Of a DNA stretch of 34,407 nucleotides, positions 1 to 8,100 are shown piece by piece. The notes under the pieces are model-generated. The model had not been told where the DNA came from. It searched no databases and was given only the letters and a program-made list of their open reading frames with translations. Origin of the DNA: a virus (lineage: Duplodnaviria; Caudoviricetes); IMG/VR virus record IMGVR_UViG_3300030372_002267, positions 1 through 34,407 of that record. One strand, 5' to 3'. A program made the position numbers and the translations under genes. How positions within the stretch are numbered: the stretch's first letter is position 1; each line of letters begins with the position of its first letter.

Positions 1-2
1 AG

Positions 3-134
3 GATTTAGAGGAAATATCAATGAATCTACTCAACGCTTTTGATAGACACAAAGGCGTATCAAAATACAATGAAAAGATGATAGCTAAATACAAGAAAGA
101 CCTTATAAAGTATTTTAAACAAGACGAACTCTAG
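3..134 (+). CDS. hypothetical protein, 5' truncated by the window edge
   Basis: Open frame DLEEISMNLL...YFKQDEL ending in TAG at 132-134; the AGGAG RBS of the next gene overlaps this stop. Confidence 0.55.
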   Translation, partial: DLEEISMNLLNAFDRHKGVSKYNEKMIAKYKKDLIKYFKQDEL

Positions 135-141
135 GAGAAAT

Positions 142-351
142 ATGATTAAAAGAGATAAAGATGGAAATATTGATTCAATATTTATAGAGTGGAGTCATCT
201 GGATATTAGTAATGAATTAAATTCTAAACAAAAATCAGATGTATTAGGCTATCTTTATAGATACCATGACGCTGATATTGGTATTAACTGGCAAACTGTA
301 GAATATTGGACTGATCAAGTAAGGAGAAAAAATGAAACGCAGTCTAATTAG
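142..351 (+). CDS. hypothetical phage protein (69 aa)
   Basis: ORF with AGGAG RBS; tightly packed with its neighbours. Confidence 0.7.
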   Translation: MIKRDKDGNIDSIFIEWSHLDISNELNSKQKSDVLGYLYRYHDADIGINWQTVEYWTDQVRRKNETQSN

Positions 352-631
352 AGACCATTTACAAAACCTTAAAGCTGTACTCAGGAAGATTCTTGGGTAC
401 AGCGTAACAGGTGATAAATATGTAGACGCACTTGATGGTGCGTTAGAGAAGATAAGTCCTGAATCAAAGGAGAGAATAGAGATAGAAGTAGGACCATTTA
501 AAGGCATAATGGCTAACGAAGGTGGTAATCTTATTGTAGATGTAGAGTTGTTACAGAATGGTGAAAACCTAGAGTCTTTAATCTATTATTCCAAGGATGT
601 AATAGACGATGAAATCATAGGAGAATCATGA
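332..631 (+). CDS. hypothetical phage protein (99 aa)
   Basis: ORF with AAGGAG RBS; overlaps the previous gene and is ATGA-coupled to the next. Confidence 0.7.
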   Translation: MKRSLIRDHLQNLKAVLRKILGYSVTGDKYVDALDGALEKISPESKERIEIEVGPFKGIMANEGGNLIVDVELLQNGENLESLIYYSKDVIDDEIIGES

Positions 632-723
632 CGGTTTTTTGCTTATCTGTAATAGCTTTTATAATAATAATCTACGGATTCATTAAAGTTTTAGTATGGT
701 TTGACAACAAAGAGTATAAATAA
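628..723 (+). CDS. small single-TM membrane protein (31 aa, MTVFCLSVIAFIIIIYGFIKVLVWFDNKEYK)
   Basis: Not in the ORF track; ATGA overlap with the upstream stop, AGGAG RBS, hydrophobic stretch; fills the gap exactly. Confidence 0.55.
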   Translation: MTVFCLSVIAFIIIIYGFIKVLVWFDNKEYK

Positions 724-732
724 AGGATAATA

Positions 733-1551
733 ATGTATACACCAGAAGAGTATGACAAGGTAGTTAATAAGCTAAGAACATTCTTTAGAGAGGCTAAAGG
801 ATATATAGAGGTAGATGGACAAAAAGATTTATCTATTCTTAGTGCATGTGAAAACCCACACAGCTTAGTAAAGTTTGAATTTGCTGGTTCTGAATGGTCT
901 CAACCACAAACGAATCAAATGCGTTTAGAACATTATCTAATGAACAACCCTGAATGGGAAGGATGTTATTCTATTACAACATCATACAGGGATGAGAAAG
1001 AAGAAGATATGATACCTAATCGTCATTTAAGAAGCTTTACAATGTTTGAAGTTGAATCACATGGAGATTACAATCGACTCTTAAAGGTGTTGTCTGAATT
1101 ATTACAATATTTAGGATTCTCAAGTCCAAAACATTATGACTATCAATATATAGCAGAGAAGTTTAATTCGCCAACTGTTGAGGCAGAACATGAGGTAGAA
1201 TTAGGTGATAACAGCCCTGTGATATTCTTGAAGAATTTCACTAAAGCATCTAACCCATTTTTCAATATGAAACAGAATGGTAATACCTATAGAAAGTGTG
1301 ATGTTTTACTAGCACCAGTTGGAGAAACAATAGGATGTGCTGAACGCTCCTGTGATATAGAAGAGATGAGATATAATTTCTTAAATCAATCCGATGGTCA
1401 ATATGCTCAGACTCTATATAAACAATTTGGTAAAGAAAGAGTTATGCAAGAATTAGAAGAATACTTTAAGAATAAATTCTTCCCACGTTGGGGATTTGGG
1501 CTGGGGATGATGCGTTTAATATCTGCAATGAAACACCAAGGATTATTATAA
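733..1551 (+). CDS. class IIb aminoacyl-tRNA synthetase paralog (AsnRS/AspRS-like catalytic domain only; resembles archaeal-type asparagine synthetase)
   Basis: Motif 1 LRTFF...GYIEV, motif 2 SYRDE...RHLRSFTMFEVE, motif 3 PRWGFGLGMMRL; 272 aa with no N-terminal OB-fold anticodon-binding domain. Confidence 0.85.
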   Translation: MYTPEEYDKVVNKLRTFFREAKGYIEVDGQKDLSILSACENPHSLVKFEFAGSEWSQPQTNQMRLEHYLMNNPEWEGCYSITTSYRDEKEEDMIPNRHLRSFTMFEVESHGDYNRLLKVLSELLQYLGFSSPKHYDYQYIAEKFNSPTVEAEHEVELGDNSPVIFLKNFTKASNPFFNMKQNGNTYRKCDVLLAPVGETIGCAERSCDIEEMRYNFLNQSDGQYAQTLYKQFGKERVMQELEEYFKNKFFPRWGFGLGMMRLISAMKHQGLL

Positions 1552-1557
1552 TCTATT

Positions 1558-1641
1558 AGTAGGGTGGCGGAATTGGCAGACGCACAGTCCTGTTTAGACT
1601 GCGGTATTTATACTTTGTAGGTTCGATTCCTACCCCTACTG
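1558..1641 (+). tRNA. atypical tRNA with anticodon GUU (Asn) and a long variable arm
   Basis: Acceptor AGTAGGG/CCCTACT plus G73; D arm GCG-GAATTGGCAGA-CGC; anticodon stem CAGTC/GACTG with loop CT-GTT-TA; 15-nt variable region CGGTATTTATACTTT; T arm GTAGG-TTCGATT-CCTAC; CCA not encoded. Confidence 0.85.
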
Positions 1642-1654
1642 CAAAAGGAGTAAT

Positions 1655-1843
1655 ATGAAGATAAAACATGGTTTGAGTGAGCCAAAGGATTATCACGCTG
1701 AATGTGAGATTAAAGGCTGTGGTAATTACTTTAATATAACATATAAAGACACAAATGGTATGTGTAAAAGGTGTAATCAAATAGATGAGAAGTTTAAAAA
1801 TGGAAGAAATAGACCAAATATGGAGATTTATCATGCTGATTAA
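1655..1843 (+). CDS. small Cys-rich, putative Zn-binding protein (62 aa)
   Basis: CEIKGC...CKRC; AAGGAG RBS directly after the tRNA. Confidence 0.65.
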   Translation: MKIKHGLSEPKDYHAECEIKGCGNYFNITYKDTNGMCKRCNQIDEKFKNGRNRPNMEIYHAD

Positions 1844-2042
1844 ACAACTAGAGGACCAATTTCATGATTGGGATTTAAGTGATGATAAAAAGTTTAAGAC
1901 ACAAGTGTGCTTAAGCTTGCTTGTAATAGCAAAGTCATTAGATAAATTGACTAAACCTTACGATAAAGATAATGATAAGAAAGAGTATATAGAAGAAAAG
2001 GTAATGAAAGAAAAACCTAAAAGAGCGAGGATAGGTGGATGA
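1833..2042 (+). CDS. hypothetical protein (69 aa from ATG 1833; the ORF track starts it at 1785)
   Basis: GGAG RBS at 1822-1825 before ATG 1833; this start minimises the overlap with the upstream gene. Confidence 0.6.
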   Translation: MLIKQLEDQFHDWDLSDDKKFKTQVCLSLLVIAKSLDKLTKPYDKDNDKKEYIEEKVMKEKPKRARIGG

Positions 2043-2239
2043 CTTATGCAGTAAAGAAAAGATTAGCAAAAGAGTATGCCGAATTAAGAGGTAAAAAAAT
2101 ACCTTTTGTACATAAGGGTTTAAAGTATACCCTGAAAGATTTGATTGCTATGCTTGGGAGAACACAGCATTCAATGATTAAGATAAACGGAAAGTATGAA
2201 CTTAACAGATCACGCTTTCCAGAGTTAAAGAATCTGTAG
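2039..2239 (+). CDS. small basic protein, possible excisionase/AlpA-like winged HTH
   Basis: ATGA coupling; YTLKDLIAMLG...IKINGKYELNRS loosely resembles Xis/HTH_17 proteins but is shorter; lies near the integrase. Confidence 0.4.
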   Translation: MTYAVKKRLAKEYAELRGKKIPFVHKGLKYTLKDLIAMLGRTQHSMIKINGKYELNRSRFPELKNL

Positions 2240-2322
2240 AGCCCAATAATGATTGGACAGCAAGGACTTGCAAAATCGGCCAGATTAAGGCCTATTTTAA
2301 GGGTAAAATCTGGCCAATCTTA

Positions 2323-2351
2323 TTGACAGAGTGTAAATAGTGGAGTATAAT
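2323..2351 (+). promoter_or_regulatory. consensus sigma70 promoter
   Basis: TTGACA (2323-2328), 17-nt spacer, TATAAT (2346-2351), in an intergenic gap. Confidence 0.85.
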
Positions 2352-2389
2352 GGACAATAGTAGCAATTATCTATACTCCACTTGTTACA
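2332..2389. repeat. inverted repeat overlapping the promoter -10 element (operator or hairpin)
   Basis: AGTGGAGTATA (2339-2349) / TATACTCCACT (2372-2382) is a perfect 11-bp pair, extended by TGTAA (2332-2336) / TTACA (2385-2389). Confidence 0.75.
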
Positions 2390-2441
2390 TTAAAGGGGAA
2401 CTATTATCCTCTAAAGTGGTTACATTTTCAAAGGAGAATGA

Positions 2442-2621
2442 ATGACTTTAGAAGATATAAATAATAAGCTAAATAATGTCCTGATAGATTTAAAAGCAAA
2501 TCAACAAATGCTTTATGATTTACTCAGGAATTTAGGAGTTGATATAAATGCGTACAGAGAAACTTATACAGAAAATTATTCAGATGATTCGGAAAAAGAA
2601 TTATCAAATTATAGACTGTAA
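2442..2621 (+). CDS. small acidic/coiled-coil protein (59 aa, MTLEDINNKLNNVLIDLKANQQMLYDLLRNLG...)
   Basis: Below the ORF-track cutoff; AAGGAG RBS at 2431-2436; first ORF downstream of the consensus promoter. Confidence 0.65.
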   Translation: MTLEDINNKLNNVLIDLKANQQMLYDLLRNLGVDINAYRETYTENYSDDSEKELSNYRL

Positions 2622-2692
2622 TAAAAGCATATCACATACTAAAGAAGGACACTTAGTATTACATCCTTGTGATGAAGAAGATTTAATTCATG

Positions 2693-3568
2693 CTATAACT
2701 CAAAGTCTGGGACATCATGAGGAAGTAAAGGGGCATAATGGTTCTGTGTAGTAGCAACACTACTATGCCCTAATAATTTAGATACTTGGAATATACCTAA
2801 CCCCTTTTTTTTAATAAGGTTATAACCAAAGGTTCTACGCAAATCATGTATCCTTGCGTTTTTAATTCCTAGTTTTCTAACATTATATTTCCATCTAGCC
2901 TCTGCACTATCAATAGTGTATTTCCATAGACTGCCTTGGTCTTGCAGAACAGCTAAGGCTTGAGGCGTGATTTTAATCTGCCTTTCACCTGTCTTGCCTG
3001 TAATCTTTCCATCTCTAATATCAATAGAGTTTAAACTACACGCCTCCCCAATACGAATACCTGTATAATATATAAATCGAATAAAACGCTGGAAGTTATC
3101 ATCTTTAATCTGGTTAAGAATTAAATCAAGTTCTTCATCTGTGAATATGCGTGTTCTTCTGATATGTTTATAAGATATATTAGAAAGCTTCTTTTGATTA
3201 GTCTTAAATCCGTTCTCTAAGCCCCAATTAATTACTCGATTGATAGTTCTTACTACCATATTACGATGAGCCATGTTTTCAGGTAAACCATTTTCAAGAA
3301 AGGTTTTAATCTTTTGGGAGTATATCAGGTGCGTTGATTCTGTAATATTATGATTGGCTTTTAAAAAGCGTTCACATAATTTAGGAAATGAAAGTTTAGT
3401 AAACTTGATTTCATCAGGGTCACTAGACCTGAGTATCTTTCGTTCTACTTGTTTTTTGAGTGATAAGGCGAGTTTGCGGTCTTTTGTTCCAAGAGACTTA
3501 CGGATACGTTGACCATTGTGATTGATAGATATATACCAAGTATCTCTATCTTTATATATACTTGACAT
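2693..3568 (-). CDS. int: tyrosine recombinase / phage integrase (291 aa)
   Basis: Catalytic R (YTGIRIGE), K (GKTGER), HxxR (HDLRR), H (LLGHS) and Y (TQNHY); N-terminal arm-binding-like segment (WYISINHNGQRIRKSLGT); start placed at ATG 3568, which has a GGAGG RBS. Confidence 0.92.
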   Translation of the reverse strand: MSSIYKDRDTWYISINHNGQRIRKSLGTKDRKLALSLKKQVERKILRSSDPDEIKFTKLSFPKLCERFLKANHNITESTHLIYSQKIKTFLENGLPENMAHRNMVVRTINRVINWGLENGFKTNQKKLSNISYKHIRRTRIFTDEELDLILNQIKDDNFQRFIRFIYYTGIRIGEACSLNSIDIRDGKITGKTGERQIKITPQALAVLQDQGSLWKYTIDSAEARWKYNVRKLGIKNARIHDLRRTFGYNLIKKKGLGIFQVSKLLGHSSVATTQNHYAPLLPHDVPDFEL

Positions 3569-3582
3569 TTGCCCTCCAATTT

Positions 3583-3760
3583 TGGTCAGCATATGGTCAG
3601 CATACAAAGGAAAGGTGTACCGAGGGTGGGACTCGAACCCACACGAACATAAGCTCAACGGATTTTGAATCCGTCGTGTCTACCAATTTCACCACCTCTA
3701 AAGCCTTTTTTTGCTGATTATGCTGTCCTCTTTTAGTCAGCATATAGTCACCATGACTAT
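3583..3760. mobile_element. putative attP: tRNA-Leu homology core flanked by arm-type repeats
   Basis: TGGTCAGCATA x2 (3583-3604); TAGTCAGCATA and TAGTCACCATG (3734-3755); inverted degenerate copies at 3711-3728; adjacent to int. Confidence 0.75.
3618..3701 (-). pseudogene. tRNA-Leu(CAA) copy with a non-pairing 5' end (att core)
   Basis: Minus strand TTA-GAGG TG GTG AAATTGGTAGA CAC G ACGGA TTCAAAA TCCGT [variable arm] GTGGG TTCGAGT CCCAC CCTCGGT A; positions 1-3 (TTA) pair poorly with 70-72 (GGT): two mismatches and one wobble. Confidence 0.8.
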
Positions 3761-4002
3761 TTCATAATCTTAATCATTGTTTCAAGATTACTAGCAATTT
3801 CTTGAAGGGTAATTTCATTCTTTTTTTCATTATCAATCAACTTAATTGTTATAGCCTCAAGTTTATTGACTTCTTCCTTGACTTCATTAATCTCATTGAG
3901 TAAGTGTTCTTTACCCCAATTAACAAGTTTTAAAGCAAACCATGCTAACCCAATAGTACCTGCAACAGGTAGACCTAACTCTTGTATTAATGTTACATCC
4001 AA
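3757..4002 (-). CDS. putative holin (N-terminal TM helix plus coiled coil, BhlA/YvrJ-like)
   Basis: IQELGLPVAGTIGLAWFAL TM segment followed by heptad repeats; last gene of the late operon. Confidence 0.55.
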   Translation of the reverse strand: MDVTLIQELGLPVAGTIGLAWFALKLVNWGKEHLLNEINEVKEEVNKLEAITIKLIDNEKKNEITLQEIASNLETMIKIMK

Positions 4003-4169
4003 GGTTTAAATTCTTTAAACAATTTGACTGATAAATGGGTGAGGGTTACAAGTAATATTAGTATTCTTAATACTTCAGGTATTATACTCCAATAACTAAG
4101 AGCAACGCCACTAACTCCTGTTACTGCTGTACCTGCTGTGCTATCTATAAAACTTTTGAGACTGTCCAT
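3993..4169 (-). CDS. small membrane protein, holin/antiholin-like (58 aa)
   Basis: Not in the track: MDSLKSFIDSTAGTAVTGVSGVALSYWSIIPEVLRILILLVTLTHLSVKLFKEFKPWM; AGGA RBS; two hydrophobic segments. Confidence 0.6.
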   Translation of the reverse strand: MDSLKSFIDSTAGTAVTGVSGVALSYWSIIPEVLRILILLVTLTHLSVKLFKEFKPWM

Positions 4170-4176
4170 ATTATTC

Positions 4177-4326
4177 CTAATTAAAAATTGAGTTGTTCTG
4201 GCTTTGTACAGACATGCCTATCTGTACTAAATTTTGTAATGCTATTAGTATTTTATACCATATAAAGCACATGAATGTTTTGTAAAACAAATTAATAACT
4301 GACTCAATGCTGACTTTAATGTCCAC
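4177..4326 (-). CDS. small hydrophobic protein (49 aa, GTG start)
   Basis: GTG overlaps the upstream TAG; MDIKVSIESVINLFYKTFMCFIWYKILIAL...; fills the gap. Confidence 0.4.
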   Translation of the reverse strand: MDIKVSIESVINLFYKTFMCFIWYKILIALQNLVQIGMSVQSQNNSIFN

Positions 4327-4856
4327 TATAATCCTGCCTTTTCTAATTCTTCGTTAATAAAAGCAAACGTATCTTCTCTATCAGCGTCTTTCATACGACC
4401 TCTTAGTTGCTGATAGTATCCTAGCAATACCTGTACTGAGCCAAATATAGATATTATTTGAGCTTTGAATTTCTCAATAAACTCGATGAACTTATCATAA
4501 TGTAAGTTAATTCCAGTCATTTCCTCAACAGTTGAAACCATACTTACAGTTTCAGGGTCAAGTAGAATATTATTAATACCAAAGAACAGCATTGCAATAG
4601 AGCCACCATTAACAGCAAATCCTGAGTAGTTAATCTGCTTTGCTCTGTTATGAGCCTGTGCCAACCGTTCAGCTCGTAGTAAGCTTTCTTTATCAAGGTT
4701 ACGAGGCTGTTCATCTAGTACCTCTTCTTCTTGGGTTTCTTCTTCTTGGATTTTGTCCTCTGGTTTACGAGAGAACATTTCTGGTTCTTTAGGTTTGAAA
4801 TTACGCTTTCGTTCAAAGCTAATTCCTCCATCTTTATTAAGACCTCCATTGGACAC
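4326..4856 (-). CDS. hypothetical protein, possibly membrane-associated (176 aa)
   Basis: ORF with a charged N-terminal half and two hydrophobic segments. Confidence 0.65.
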   Translation of the reverse strand: MSNGGLNKDGGISFERKRNFKPKEPEMFSRKPEDKIQEEETQEEEVLDEQPRNLDKESLLRAERLAQAHNRAKQINYSGFAVNGGSIAMLFFGINNILLDPETVSMVSTVEEMTGINLHYDKFIEFIEKFKAQIISIFGSVQVLLGYYQQLRGRMKDADREDTFAFINEELEKAGL

Positions 4857-4869
4857 ATTTAATTATTCC

Positions 4870-5181
4870 TTAAACAGATTTTAATGATGGACCACTAAAT
4901 AAACTCATATTGTATTTATGTAGTTTTCCATCTACTTCATAAAATATATTATCTTTAAGTTCTCCTAAAGAGCCACTAAATGAATCTTCAATAAATTGAG
5001 CATGGTCTAAAGCATTATCTTTTAATTTTAATATTATTTTATTACCTTTTTTAGAAATCTTAGGTATATAGCTTAAACCTTTAGGATTTCCATCTTCAGA
5101 TATAGACCATTCATAATTATTTTTAATTAAACTTTCTATGTCTTTTGAATTTTGATTAACTCCAAATCCAAATCTATCCAT
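4870..5181 (-). CDS. hypothetical protein (103 aa)
   Basis: ORF overlapping the stop of the giant protein. Confidence 0.55.
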   Translation of the reverse strand: MDRFGFGVNQNSKDIESLIKNNYEWSISEDGNPKGLSYIPKISKKGNKIILKLKDNALDHAQFIEDSFSGSLGELKDNIFYEVDGKLHKYNMSLFSGPSLKSV

Positions 5182-8100
5182 CTAATATCCCTTCTATATA
5201 TTCTCTCTTAGATTCTTCTAATTGAGATTTTTTATATCGTTTTGCTAATTTATCAGTAGGCAATCTAAAGAATTGTTGCATACCTCTACCAAATGTAGTG
5301 CCATAAGGCTCATCAAATGTTTGGTCTATCTGTCTTACAACTCTACCAAATGGATACATCGTATGTATATGATAATCCATAAATCTTTCCCAATCATTAT
5401 TCAACGCTGATGAGAATACAGACATAGGTATTCTAGCAACAGGTGGTGTAATGATCTGTAATGGGGCAATAGGGTAGGGGTATTGACCAAAGAAAGCTCT
5501 ATCACGCTCTTGCTTATCACCAAATAACCATTGACTTGTTTCTTGCAACCAATCATATGGAGGTGGTAATGCTGTATCAAATAATGAATAAGCGAACATA
5601 GAGCCTAAAGCCATAGTAAACATATCTATTATAAATAAGTCTTTAAACTTATTAAAGCTATCAGTACCTTCTTTAAAACCATAGAGTTTAGCTTGTTTGT
5701 ATAATTCTTTTCGTGTTCTAACAGAGTTATATGCAAATGTTTTAAATCGACCTAATACTTTACCAAGTGATGTTCTCATAAACGCTGGTCTATTAGGGGC
5801 TGAATATAAAAACTGAGTAGCTTCTATTCCTTTCATAGCATAGTCAATTACAAAAGGGTCATCTAACTTTAAGTCTTTACCAAGTATATCTCTAGCTTTA
5901 ATAGCATGTGCCAAGTAAGAATTAAATCTTAGATACCTTTCAGTAACTGTCATTGGCAACGCACCTACTTTAATAATAGCGTCTTTAACGCCAAATCTAT
6001 TTGCTAATTCAAATACTGTTTCGTCTCTAACATCAGGATTTTGCTTAATTAGCTTAGAATATTCCTTAGTGAAAGATTTAAAGGCATCTAATTTGCCTCC
6101 TAACGCCTTTTTAAGTGATGGATTGACTTCTAACTCGTTCTTAATATAAGTATCTATCACACCTTTTTCAGCTACCCATTGTCTTAAATCCTTCATGTTC
6201 TTGACCTTAGAACCACTCTGTAGATTTAAGGTTGTATCTTTGAGTAACTCATTGAATATAAACTTTTTATCATTAGCTTTAACCCAATTTCTAAGACCTG
6301 CTGAGGAAATAGTCATCGTAGTACCACCAAAGATATTAGCTGTCATAGTTCCAGTATTACTAAGTAAAGATAATAACTGGAATCGTGCTTCAGTAGTACC
6401 AAGATTACGAAACATTCGTGCATAATATTTCTTTCTGGCTTCAACGCCTGAAGGTAAATCTTTCATGAAAGGCATTTTATAACCATGCTTTTCAAATTGA
6501 GTTCTAATCCTCTCTATGCCATTGACTAAAGCTTGGTCTGAGGATAGATAATATAAATTCTTTTTTAATCTTAATGGATCAGTAGCGTTCATTCCATCTG
6601 CAATTCTTTGTTCAAAGAATGAGTGATGACCAAATGAATCTCTGATATAAAATCGCAAGTAATCAGAAACAGCTTCTGTAATAGGAGCTTCTTTAGAGTA
6701 ACCAGCTTTAGTGTAATGCTCTAATTGTTTCTTAGTTAGTTTAACATCTTTATCAAACGCTTTGCGTTTCATCATATCTGCTATTCTATGATGAGCCATA
6801 ATAGACGCTTGTGCTCTATAATTAGAATGAACCCATTGTTTAGAATAAGTATCAAATACAGAGGAGCGTGTATCATAACCTTTAAGATTAGCTGTTCTTG
6901 ATTTTGCAGTATCAGGAGCAGACCCAAATCCTATATGGTCTAATCTTTTTTCAATCTGTTCAGGCTTTAGTTTATTAAACGATAAAGACTCGAATAATAA
7001 ATCATTGAACTGACTATCGTTACGACTTGTCTCGAAAGTATTCTCTAAAAATTCCTTCCTTGCGTTAGCCTCTTTGAGAGCTTGCTTGTCAGTCTTTCCT
7101 TTTCCTTTAGCTTGCCTATAGACTGCCTTGAACTCTTTATCAACAAATTCGCTAATTTGTTTTCTTGCTTTACTATTGTAACCAAAATTTGTGTGGGGGA
7201 AGTATTTATCAAATTCTATCTTTCCTGTATCAGCATCTTTTTTAAACTTTTCTTTAATCTTATTATAAGTCTTAGGTTTAATTCCTCTGGCTTTTAAATC
7301 ATTTAATATCATTTGGAAACGCACTCGTTTTAGTACATCAAATGGTATCTTCTCTAAATTAGGAGTAGCATAATTTGGGTCTATATATTTCTTAACAAAC
7401 TTGTCAACATCTATAGTACCATCCTTACGTCTATCAAGCCAAGACTCTGTCTTGCCATCGTTAATCCATTCCTTTCTAAACCCTTCAAAGAATGTATTAG
7501 CATCTTTATTAACCTTATCTATAAGCTCTTTCTTAGTATAAGACTTACCATCTACTTTTATTATATCAGGTAATTCTTTATAGAGCTTATCTTTCGTCAC
7601 ATCGTATTCAACTTTATCATATTTATTCTGACGAATATTATGAACTAGCTTTGTAATCTTATCACTCTCACCTGTGGGTAAATCATTCCTGTATTTAAAT
7701 ATCTTCTGGAGATTACGCTCTGATTTAGATAAATAGGCGTTAAGAGATTTATCGCTACCAGCTTCAGCATTATTCATCCACTTTCTTAAAGCCCCATATG
7801 TAGAAGTGTATTGATAAACAGGTTTTAACTTTACACCATCAAGTGTTAGAACAGGTCTTTGGATTGCTTCAAATCTTTGTACATCGTGTTTTAATTGGCG
7901 TTCACTTTCTCCTAGACCACCTGTTTCATATGTCCAAGATGTAAAAAAGTTCTCTATATCAGCTTTATTTCTAAAGTGTTTATCGAAGTTACCTCTAAGT
8001 TCTGACAACACTTCAAGTTCTTGTTTAGTTGTAGCTTTAGATTTAATAGGGTCTGCACCAAGTAACTTGTCTATAATTTCCTGATGAGTTTCTTTAGGAG

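Noticed and set aside
701-731. TTGACA upstream of the synthetase paralog as a promoter
   Set aside because: No good -10 at 16-18 nt spacing; it lies inside a small ORF and too close to the ATG.
1590-1596. Reading the tRNA loop as a TTA (ochre suppressor) or TTT (Lys) anticodon, implying recoding
   Set aside because: The 5-bp stem CAGTC/GACTG fixes a 7-nt loop with U33 and GTT at 34-36. Genes are intact under the standard code, with TAA, TAG and TGA all used as stops.
1556-1834. Minus-strand 92-aa ORF (and 244-507)
   Set aside because: Antisense to the tRNA and to the plus-strand genes; no recognisable features.
2251-2319. c-di-GMP-I riboswitch or hammerhead ribozyme
   Set aside because: It lacks the diagnostic conserved cores; kept only as a generic structured segment.
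2548-2751. 67-aa plus-strand ORF
   Set aside because: It overlaps both the better-supported 2442-2621 ORF and the integrase 3' end. It does have an AGGAG upstream, so it is not fully excluded.
3569-3658. N-terminal extension of the integrase given in the ORF track (321 aa)
   Set aside because: It runs through the tRNA-Leu/att core; ATG 3568 has a GGAGG RBS and gives a typical integrase N-terminus.
3618-3701. Functional phage tRNA-Leu(CAA)
   Set aside because: The first three acceptor pairs are disrupted, and the position beside int with arm repeats fits an att core better.
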